Program-made: the position numbers and the translations under genes
From: Bacilli bacterium
Lineage (GTDB): Bacteria; Bacillota_I; Bacilli_A; RFN20; CAG-826
Direction: 5' to 3'
DNA length: 64,000 nucleotides
NCBI GenBank assembly: GCA_045601325.1
Contig: JAZRZI010000008.1
Coordinates: 2,961-66,960, forward strand
Notes under the pieces: generated by a model
The model's input: only the letters and a program-made list of their open reading frames with translations
Database searches by the model: none
What the model was told of the DNA's origin: nothing
Shown here: positions 51,441 to 59,300 of the stretch, piece after piece
How the letters are laid out: the number at the start of each line of letters is the position of its first letter
How positions within the stretch are numbered: position 1 is the first letter of the stretch

Positions 51441-51997
51441 TTATCTTAGCGAGTAAATCACCAAGAAGAAAAGAATTGATGAAGAAAATAACTTCATCTT
51501 TTTCTATATGTGTAGCAGATATTGATGAGTCAATTAGTTATTCTTTGCCAACTCCATTAGATGCAACAATGGATATTGCAAAAAGAAAAGGTGAAAAAGT
51601 TGCAAAAGACCACTATGACGATATAGTAATTTCAGCTGACACAATTGTTGTATTAGATAATGAAATATTAGGCAAACCAAAAGACAAAGAAGATGCCAAA
51701 AATATGCTTCTAAAATTATCAAATAAAACGCACACAGTCGTCACTGCATATGCGATATTTTATAAGGACAAAATGATTCAAAATCACGTGGAAACTTTAG
51801 TAAAATTTGCTAACCTTCAATTAGATACAGTGCTTAGATATATAGAAACAGGTTCCCCTATGGATAAAGCTGGTAGCTATGGTTACCAAGATAACGACAA
51901 AGAGTTCCATATAGTCGATAACATCATTGGCAGCGAAGACAATGTCATCGGTTTTCCAGTAGAAGAAATAAAAGGCGATTTAAATAAAATCGCCTAA
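51437..51997 (+). CDS. maf: Maf-family nucleoside triphosphate pyrophosphatase
   Basis: ILASKSPRRKELM N-terminus and the SADT motif. Confidence 0.85.
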   Translation: MIILASKSPRRKELMKKITSSFSICVADIDESISYSLPTPLDATMDIAKRKGEKVAKDHYDDIVISADTIVVLDNEILGKPKDKEDAKNMLLKLSNKTHTVVTAYAIFYKDKMIQNHVETLVKFANLQLDTVLRYIETGSPMDKAGSYGYQDNDKEFHIVDNIIGSEDNVIGFPVEEIKGDLNKIA

Positions 51998-52020
51998 TAT
52001 TTAAAGATTTAATCGGAAAA

Positions 52021-52404
52021 TTACAGGGATTTTTCAATCTCTGTTTTAATTTTTACAGCTTTGTTTTCGATTACTAATGTAACTTTATTAGTCATTTCGA
52101 CAATGTTAGAAACTCCTAATGTAGTTAATTGATCTCTATTGATTAATGATTTGTCCAATAAAGAAACAGATAATCTTGAACCGGAGGCATTAACCTCTTT
52201 CACATTATCTTTTCCACCTAAAGCATCTAGCCAATTAGAACTATCAATTTGAGGTGTTTTATCTTTATGAGATTTGCCTTTAATAACAAAAACAATAACC
52301 AAAGTTATAACAATGATTCCAATCACTCCCATACAAAGCCAAATAGCGTTGTTTTTTAAGAAAGCATTGAAGTCATCTTTAAAACCATCAAATATAGGTA
52401 CCAT
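52021..52404 (-). CDS. Membrane-anchored PTS EIIB-like domain protein with the phospho-acceptor Cys replaced by Ser
   Basis: WLDALGGKDNVKEVNASGSRLSV matches the EIIB(Glc) signature LGGxxNIxxxxxCxTRLR, with Cys replaced by Ser and Thr by Gly. It has an N-terminal TM. It shares 1 nt with the nadK stop. Confidence 0.5.
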   Translation of the reverse strand: MVPIFDGFKDDFNAFLKNNAIWLCMGVIGIIVITLVIVFVIKGKSHKDKTPQIDSSNWLDALGGKDNVKEVNASGSRLSVSLLDKSLINRDQLTTLGVSNIVEMTNKVTLVIENKAVKIKTEIEKSL

Positions 52405-53192
52405 TATTTAACAAAGCTCCTCTTTAATGCTTTAATCCATGAACGTGTATTTGCGTGAATCATATTCACACGTTTATCTGATAATGTAACTAACATAGAA
52501 ATCAATCTTTGGTTAGATTCTGTAGTCATATAATCATAACCGACGACTTCTTTTCTAAAATCTCCAGTAATAAGAATGTTCTTTTCTCCAGAAACAATAA
52601 GCGGGGACCCTAAAGAACGAATAACATTATTTTGAATTGTAGCAATTTCAGTTAATTCTAATAAATCTAATGATGGATCAACAACCGCACCACCAAGTGA
52701 TTTATTATAAGCTGTGCTTCCAGATGATGAACAAATAATCAAACCATTACCATGGAATGTTTCGAGATGGTCTTCATTAATATCAACATCCGCGATTAAT
52801 GTATGGAAAGGAGATTCTAATCTAATTTCATTAACTGCAAAAATATCTTCTTCGTCATCGTTTTCAAAAACAAGATGCCCTTTTAACAATCTATGAGGAG
52901 TAACAACATATTCCTCTTTTTCAATTTTTCTAAACAAATGGGAAATATCCTTATCTGTATAGTCAAAGAAAAAACATAAAGTTCCATCGTTAACTCCAAC
53001 AAAGTTAATAGTATCTAATTTATCAATGTAATGTTGAACTGCTCTTAAGAAAGTTCCATCGCCACCAACAAAGATAACAATATCAGGATTTTCGTTATCT
53101 ATAATATATCCACGTTTGTCACATTCTTCCTTAATTAGGCCAGTAACTAATGATTGGTCTTTTTTTGGATTAAGAAATAAACCTATCTTCAT
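52404..53192 (-). CDS. nadK: NAD kinase
   Basis: GGDGT motif and an NE/D short motif. Confidence 0.85.
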   Translation of the reverse strand: MKIGLFLNPKKDQSLVTGLIKEECDKRGYIIDNENPDIVIFVGGDGTFLRAVQHYIDKLDTINFVGVNDGTLCFFFDYTDKDISHLFRKIEKEEYVVTPHRLLKGHLVFENDDEEDIFAVNEIRLESPFHTLIADVDINEDHLETFHGNGLIICSSSGSTAYNKSLGGAVVDPSLDLLELTEIATIQNNVIRSLGSPLIVSGEKNILITGDFRKEVVGYDYMTTESNQRLISMLVTLSDKRVNMIHANTRSWIKALKRSFVK

Positions 53193-53248
53193 TTTAACAA
53201 ACCCCTTTTAGTGTGCTAATATTGTATCACAATATAAAAGGTAGTCAA

Positions 53249-53839
53249 ATGTCAAAAGAAATGGAATATGAAGAAAGAGTAATGCTTAATTATGACCAAT
53301 ATTTAAGCATTTTAGCCTTTTATATGCAAAAAGAGCCATCTACCCCTATATTAGTGCAAACAAATTACTATTTCGATGATAAGCACTTCACATTAATTAA
53401 AAAGCACTTTGTATTAAGAATACGCACTGTTGAAGATGTTAAATGTGAATTAACATTAAAAATAAAAGGGATTAACGGAGATACAGAAATTAATATCCCA
53501 TTATCCTACAACAAAGCACAAGAATTAATTGATAACTTTAATATTGAAGACAAAGAATTATTTAGTCAATTATCCAAAGAAAACATCGACGTTAAAGATT
53601 TAAAATTAATTGGATCTTTAAGAAATATTCGTTCTGAGTTCTATGACGGAGACAACCTAATTGTTGTTGATAAAAATGAATATCTTGATGTAGTTGACTA
53701 TAACTTAGAAGTTGAATCTGCATCCATGGAAAATAGCAAAAATTGTATTTTAAAAATTTGTAATCAGTTTAATTTAGAATACACAAAAGATTACGTCTCT
53801 AAGAGTAGACGTTTATTAAAAAAAATATATAAAAGTTAA
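53249..53839 (+). CDS. CYTH-domain (triphosphate tunnel metalloenzyme) protein
   Basis: N-terminal ExExK-like (YEERVML) and a beta-barrel pattern. The ATG at 53249 is the likely start. Confidence 0.5.
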   Translation: MSKEMEYEERVMLNYDQYLSILAFYMQKEPSTPILVQTNYYFDDKHFTLIKKHFVLRIRTVEDVKCELTLKIKGINGDTEINIPLSYNKAQELIDNFNIEDKELFSQLSKENIDVKDLKLIGSLRNIRSEFYDGDNLIVVDKNEYLDVVDYNLEVESASMENSKNCILKICNQFNLEYTKDYVSKSRRLLKKIYKS

Positions 53840-54268
53840 TTATTTGTCAGTTTTTGCTTGATCACAGTTGGCAAATTTTTCGCAATTCTCCTTCAAACAG
53901 AAGTCCATTGCCATTCTTCTTGCCTTTGGAATGAATACTGTTAATTCATCATTATCATATCCAACCTGAATTTGAGAATCATCCACCATGATTGGTCTTT
54001 TTAGGACACTTGGATTGTTACGGATAAATTGAATTAGCTCTTTAATTGTCATAGAGTTAATATCAACTTTTCCCTCTTTGATAATCTTGCTTTTTGTAGC
54101 AATAATATCATCAGTACCATTTTCACTTTTCTTGAGTATGTCTCTTAATTCATCTTCACTTAAAGTTGCTGAAAATATGTTTTTTTCAACGAATGGAATA
54201 TTTTGTTCGTTGAACCAGTTTTTAACCTTCTTACAAGATGAACATGTTGGAGCAGTGTAAATTTTTAT
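53840..54268 (-). CDS. spx: Spx/ArsC-family redox-sensing regulator
   Basis: N-terminal IKIYTAPTCSSCKK CxxC motif and an ArsC fold. Confidence 0.7.
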   Translation of the reverse strand: MKIYTAPTCSSCKKVKNWFNEQNIPFVEKNIFSATLSEDELRDILKKSENGTDDIIATKSKIIKEGKVDINSMTIKELIQFIRNNPSVLKRPIMVDDSQIQVGYDNDELTVFIPKARRMAMDFCLKENCEKFANCDQAKTDK

Positions 54269-54400
54269 CATGGAAATATTATATAACAACGTTATAGTTT
54301 TTACACAAAAATCATTAAAATATATAATGCAAAAATCAATCGTTGATTGAAAAGCAAATTACAAATCATTAAACTATATTAGAAAGAAGAGGGTCAAATT

Positions 54401-55384
54401 ATGGCAGATAGAATTCTTACAGGTATTAAGCCAACTGGCAAATTAACATTAGGAAATTACATTGGTGTTCTCAAAGGATTACCAAAACAAATGGATAGAG
54501 GTGATTGCTTTATCTTTATTGCAGACTTACATGCTTTAACGCTTCCTATAGATCCAGAAGAATTAAGACAAAATAGCATTGACCTAGCTGCCTTCTATCT
54601 TGCTGCAGGTCTTGACCCAAAAAGAGTTACTTTGTTTTTACAATCTAGTGTTTCTGCCCACAGTGAATTAAACTCAATCATGCAAAACTATTTGTATATG
54701 GGTGAATTATCTAGAATGACACAATTTAAGGATAAATCATCTAAGATGAAAGAATCCGCAATTGGATTAGGACTATTTGCTTATCCAGTTTTAATGGCTT
54801 GCGATATCATTCTTTACGACGCAAATATTGTTCCTGTGGGTGAAGATCAAGTTCAACATGTGGAATTGACCAGAGATTTAGTTAATAGGTTTAACAATAG
54901 ATATGGTGATGTTCTTCAAATGCCTAAATACGAAATGCGTAAGGTTGGTGCAAGAATTATGTCACTATCAAATCCATTAGTGAAAATGTCTAAATCAGAT
55001 CCTAAGGGTGACATCTTTTTAAAAGATGACTTATCAGTAATTAGAAAGAAAATCATGTCAGCGGTTACAGATTCAGGCTGTGAAGTTAAATACGATGTCG
55101 AAAATAAACCAGGTGTATCTAACTTATTAACAATCTACGCTGCAATTAAAGAAATTAGCATAGAAGAAGCAGAAGCACATTTCACTGGATATCGATATGG
55201 TGATTTCAAAAAAGAAGTTGCGGATGCGGTTTGTGATGAATTAGGACCTTTCCAAGAAAGATATAGAAAGATTATTGAACACAAATCATACGAAGCAGTC
55301 TTAAAAGAAGGCGCAATTAAAGCGAAAGCTATTGCAGATAAAACATTAGGAAGAGTCCAAAAAGCAATAGGTTTATTAAAATAG
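54401..55384 (+). CDS. trpS: Tryptophanyl-tRNA synthetase
   Basis: TGIKPTGKLTLGNYIG (HIGH region) and KMSKS. Confidence 0.9.
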   Translation: MADRILTGIKPTGKLTLGNYIGVLKGLPKQMDRGDCFIFIADLHALTLPIDPEELRQNSIDLAAFYLAAGLDPKRVTLFLQSSVSAHSELNSIMQNYLYMGELSRMTQFKDKSSKMKESAIGLGLFAYPVLMACDIILYDANIVPVGEDQVQHVELTRDLVNRFNNRYGDVLQMPKYEMRKVGARIMSLSNPLVKMSKSDPKGDIFLKDDLSVIRKKIMSAVTDSGCEVKYDVENKPGVSNLLTIYAAIKEISIEEAEAHFTGYRYGDFKKEVADAVCDELGPFQERYRKIIEHKSYEAVLKEGAIKAKAIADKTLGRVQKAIGLLK

Positions 55385-55612
55385 GCATTAAAGATTCCAA
55401 TTTGAAGCCCGTTAAGAAACCATTTTTAATTGTGCCACAAAATATGTTTTAATTTATGAAAAGCTTAATTCTTTACTATAAAAACATTCACTTGATGCTT
55501 TTGAAATAACAAAAGTATTTATGATTTCTTAAAAAAATTTCCGATTGAATCGCTTTTTTTAATGCTAATCTTTTTTTTATTTTTAAAAACAATAGTGTCG
55601 TGTTATTATATG

Positions 55613-57268
55613 CCCATGGTTATCAACGATTTAACAACTGCGATTATCTACTTGTTAGTAGGCGTATCAATATTATTAATTGGCATGAAATTAATGTCTG
55701 GTGGTTTGAAAAAATGTATAGGCCACAGCATTAGAAAATTCTTTAAAAAAACAGAAAATAGTCCTGTTGTATCATTGGGTATTGGCACTGTAGTAACTGC
55801 CGGAATTCAATCAAGCGATGCGACTAATGCAATGGTTATTGGTTTCATAAATGCTGGAGCAATGACTATTTTCCAAGGACTATGTATCATGCTTGGTGCG
55901 TATATAGGCACAACTGTCACAGGTATATTAGCCTCATTCTCATCATTACGTATTTCTTTGTATTTCTTGCTATTCGCATTCGTAGGCGTAATATTAATGT
56001 TTATTAATAGCGATTTAGTTAAAAACATTGGCGAAATACTTGCAGGTTTGGGATTATTGTTCTTTGGCCTTGCCATTATGAAAGCTGGTTTTAAGCAAGA
56101 AGACATTATTTTGGGCATTCAAAATATATTTGGAAACATTAACTTTGGTCCACTTTTATACTTATTTGGAATATTGCTAACTGCACTTGTGCAGTCTTCT
56201 TCTGCAGTAACATCTATTGTTATTGCCATGGTTGGTGCCTCTTCAATCACATTGGGAACTGGTTTGTATATTGTTTTAGGCGCTATGGTTGGAACGGTTG
56301 TAACCACTTTACTTGCCACTATTGGAGGCTCTGTAAGTGGTAAAAGAGCAGCTTTAGTTGCATTTGTATTAAGATTGTTAACTACATCTATAATGTTAGT
56401 TTTATTATGCATATTTAACGAACAAATATCTCAAGCAATGCATATCTTTGCGGTTGATGGAAGCGACGAACTTCCTGTCGCGTTATTTACATTATTCTTC
56501 AATATTATTTTCATGCCTCTGTGCATTCCATTATTAAAGCCAATGATCAAACTATTTGAAAAGATAGTTAAAGATAAAGAAGCGAATAAACTTAAAACAT
56601 GTATTCGTTACATTAATAACAATTTGCTAAAAACACCTGCAGTTGCAGAATTACAAGTTAAAAAAGAAATACTTCATATGTACGATTTAGCTTATAGAAA
56701 CTACATCAACGGTATTAATAAATTTCTTATTAATGAAAATGATAAAGATGCAGAATTGAAAGAATTAGAAAACCAGATTGACTATTTAAATAGTCATATT
56801 GCTGACTTCCTTATAGAATTATCTTCAAAAGTAGATAAACGTGATGAACAAAGAGTCGGAGCATTCTTCCATGTTATTAACGATATTGAACGTATTGGCG
56901 ACCACGCTTTAAACTTCTTAGAAGAATATAACAGCATGAAAAATAAAGAACTTAAATATACAGAAATCGCATTAGAAGAAATTAAAGAATTTAACAACGT
57001 GTTACTTCCTATGTTTGATTTAGCCAGAAACATCTTCAACAACAAAGATAAAAGTTTATTAAAAAAATTGCATGAATTAGAAAATAAAACAGATCAATTA
57101 AAAATTAAATTCTCCACTAATCACTACGAAAGAATCAAAGCTAAAGAATGTGTTAACGAACTATCATCATACTATTCCACGCTTCTCGTAGAATTAGAAA
57201 GAATTGCGGACCACTTAAATAATATAGGCTATTCTATTATCAACCCTGTCGGTGATGATTCAAATTAA
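55613..57268 (+). CDS. Na+/phosphate cotransporter (NptA family) with C-terminal PhoU-like repeats
   Basis: Duplicated Na/Pi cotransporter repeats and a C-terminal PhoU-like helical domain. The track's start at 55562 runs through a poly-T tract; the ATG at 55613 is more likely. Confidence 0.75.
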   Translation, partial: PMVINDLTTAIIYLLVGVSILLIGMKLMSGGLKKCIGHSIRKFFKKTENSPVVSLGIGTVVTAGIQSSDATNAMVIGFINAGAMTIFQGLCIMLGAYIGTTVTGILASFSSLRISLYFLLFAFVGVILMFINSDLVKNIGEILAGLGLLFFGLAIMKAGFKQEDIILGIQNIFGNINFGPLLYLFGILLTALVQSSSAVTSIVIAMVGASSITLGTGLYIVLGAMVGTVVTTLLATIGGSVSGKRAALVAFVLRLLTTSIMLVLLCIFNEQISQAMHIFAVDGSDELPVALFTLFFNIIFMPLCIPLLKPMIKLFEKIVKDKEANKLKTCIRYINNNLLKTPAVAELQVKKEILHMYDLAYRNYINGINKFLINENDKDAELKELENQIDYLNSHIADFLIELSSKVDKRDEQRVGAFFHVINDIERIGDHALNFLEEYNSMKNKELKYTEIALEEIKEFNNVLLPMFDLARNIFNNKDKSLLKKLHELENKTDQLKIKFSTNHYERIKAKECVNELSSYYSTLLVELERIADHLNNIGYSIINPVGDDSN

Positions 57269-57274
57269 AATATT

Positions 57275-58249
57275 TTAATGGAACTTTAATTTGTCCAATA
57301 AGTCTTGATATTCTCGTGGCATCGGAGCCTTAAAGGATTTACTAGAAAGATTTTCTAAAGGTTTAGCCAACTTGCCAAAATGAAGTTCACTAGCGTGTAA
57401 GAATTGATTTTTAAATTTGTATTCTTTTTCGAATAAATTATTAACTTTGAAATCACCATATTTAGTGTCACCCACTACATGGTGTCTAATATAAGACATA
57501 TGAACACGGATTTGATGTGTTCTACCGGTAACTAGAGTTAAATCTAATAACGTATAGTCACCAAATCTTTCAATTGGGTGATAAATTGTTTTCGAAGTTT
57601 TCCCACCATCTTTAGTTTTTGCGACAACGGCTTTCTTTTGATCAAAGTTTTTTCTAAGAGGGGCGTCAACCTCACCATTTTCTTCTACATCGCCAACCAC
57701 TAAAGACAAATAATGTTTCCCTATTAATTCGTGATTCTTTAACAATTCAAATAAATAGACTAAAGAGGCATGGTTCTTACCAAAAATAACAAAACCGGAA
57801 GTATTTCTATCTATTCTATGAGCAGGTCCAGGTTTAAAGCCAACTTCCTTATTAGGATCATATTCCCCTTTTGCCATTAAATACTCAATAACCATTTGGT
57901 CTAATGCTTTTTCGTTAGAATGGTCATCTTTTTGCACTAGTACACCTCTAGGTTTGTTGATAAAGATGACATTTTTATCCTCGTAAACAATCCAATCTTT
58001 TATTGAATAGTTAGGTGTAAAATCACCATTTTTTTTAAACTCTTCCATTTTAGTGTCAGCGATATAAATCAAGACCTCATCGCCTTCATTTACGATATAC
58101 TTTGTATCTTGCCAATGGCCATTCACTTTAATATCTTTTTTTCTAAATGTTTTATAGATAAAAGATAATGGAGCAATACTAAGAATTTTTCTTACATATT
58201 TCTCTAAGGTTTGCCCTTGTTCTGTATCTTTAACAATGAATTTTTGCAT
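57275..58249 (-). CDS. rluD: RluA-family pseudouridine synthase (RluD-like) with an N-terminal S4 domain
   Basis: HRIDRNTSG catalytic motif. Confidence 0.8.
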   Translation of the reverse strand: MQKFIVKDTEQGQTLEKYVRKILSIAPLSFIYKTFRKKDIKVNGHWQDTKYIVNEGDEVLIYIADTKMEEFKKNGDFTPNYSIKDWIVYEDKNVIFINKPRGVLVQKDDHSNEKALDQMVIEYLMAKGEYDPNKEVGFKPGPAHRIDRNTSGFVIFGKNHASLVYLFELLKNHELIGKHYLSLVVGDVEENGEVDAPLRKNFDQKKAVVAKTKDGGKTSKTIYHPIERFGDYTLLDLTLVTGRTHQIRVHMSYIRHHVVGDTKYGDFKVNNLFEKEYKFKNQFLHASELHFGKLAKPLENLSSKSFKAPMPREYQDLLDKLKFH

Positions 58250-58359
58250 ACGTAGATATTGTAATCAAAAATATTTTCTAAATAAAGATAACATATTTAT
58301 GTTTTTTTGTTATAATACATAAGCACGCCACGAAAAACTCGTGGGAAAAGGCCATTCAT

Positions 58360-58450
58360 GGAGGAATACCCAAGAGGCTGAAGGGGCGGGCTTGGAAAGC
58401 TCGTAGGCATGTAACAGTGCGCAAGGGTTCAAATCCCTTTTCTTCCGCCA
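58360..58450 (+). tRNA. tRNA-Ser (anticodon GGA), long variable arm
   Basis: GGAGGAA...anticodon stem CGGGC/GCTCG with loop TTGGAAA, a long variable arm, T-loop TTCAAAT, encoded CCA. A TGtTATAAT -10 lies ~45 nt upstream. Confidence 0.8.
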
Positions 58451-58459
58451 ATAGAATAC

Positions 58460-58488
58460 TACCCTAGATTTTATCTAGGGTTTTATTC
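58460..58488 (+). terminator. Rho-independent terminator after tRNA-Ser(GGA)
   Basis: accctaga-ttttat-tctagggt followed by TTTT. Confidence 0.55.
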
Positions 58489-58500
58489 TTTACATAGACC

Positions 58501-58533
58501 AAAATGGGAAAAAAATGGGAAAAAAATGGGAAA
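58501..58533. repeat. Perfect 3 x 11-bp tandem repeat (aaaatgggaaa)
   Basis: Read directly from the sequence. It lies between the tRNA-Ser terminator and the stop of the TVP38-like gene. Confidence 0.8.
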
Positions 58534-58535
58534 AG

Positions 58536-59300
58536 TTATTTCTCTTCCTTCTCCCTTCTTGCTTTAAGATATGCACTTAGTTTCTTGTCAATCCATCTTG
58601 CAATTTTGAAGAGACAAGTAATGTAAACAATAAGACAAGCACCTAATACGAACCAGTTATAAACCTTATCAAAAGTAAATGGTAAGAATAAATCCTTTGG
58701 AATTAAAGACACTCCAAATACCACTGTGGCAATTCCAACAGCTTTACCAATTGCTCCATAAAGCATATGCAACCACCACTTCATTTTCATAGATCCTACA
58801 CATAGACAAATAAAGTCATCTGGGAATAGTGGAAGTAAATACATTATTGGAACATAAACCATACCTTTTTCATTGATTAGTTCTTTGGTCTTTTCGTATT
58901 CTTCCTTGCCAAATATCTTGATGATGAGTTTAGAGCCACCAAATCGACCTAAAGCATCAATGAAAATGTAAGAGAGAATACAACCACCAAATGTTGCTAA
59001 AAAGCACTTCCAATTTGCTCCAAATAATGCAATTCCTAGCCATACAAAGACACCACTACCAACCGGGTTCATACAAAGAAGTGTCGCTCCAATTGCTTCT
59101 GCTAGAACATAAACTATGTAAAGCATTGGGTTGTCTTTGAGTTCTTCAAACATAGCATTGTTAAAAACAAAGCCATTATCAAATTGAATTACACCAGTAA
59201 GATAGAAAATTAAGAAGAAAATACTACTTATTGCGATACCAATTGCTAAGACAATTAAGAGTTGAAGTAATTGCTTTTTATGATTCTTAAGCCATTTCAT
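58536..59300 (-). CDS. TVP38/TMEM64 (DedA-superfamily) membrane protein
   Basis: Polytopic. The LLPLFPDDFICLCVGSMKM segment matches the DedA/TVP38 re-entrant loop motif. Its start codon overlaps the stop of the giant upstream ORF by 1 nt. Confidence 0.55.
   Translation of the reverse strand: MKWLKNHKKQLLQLLIVLAIGIAISSIFFLIFYLTGVIQFDNGFVFNNAMFEELKDNPMLYIVYVLAEAIGATLLCMNPVGSGVFVWLGIALFGANWKCFLATFGGCILSYIFIDALGRFGGSKLIIKIFGKEEYEKTKELINEKGMVYVPIMYLLPLFPDDFICLCVGSMKMKWWLHMLYGAIGKAVGIATVVFGVSLIPKDLFLPFTFDKVYNWFVLGACLIVYITCLFKIARWIDKKLSAYLKARREKEEK

Noticed and set aside
54290-54400. Looked for a T-box leader upstream of trpS, and for a separate leader for proS.
   Set aside because: The trpS upstream region is only ~110 nt with no T-box consensus or terminator hairpin. 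proS has no leader because it abuts the upstream GGDEF-EAL-like gene.
58451-58535. The 11-bp tandem repeat as a prophage att site derived from the tRNA-Ser 3' end.
   Set aside because: The repeat unit (aaaatgggaaa) does not match the tRNA 3' end (…ttcttccgcca). No integrase is adjacent. It is kept only as an unexplained repeat.
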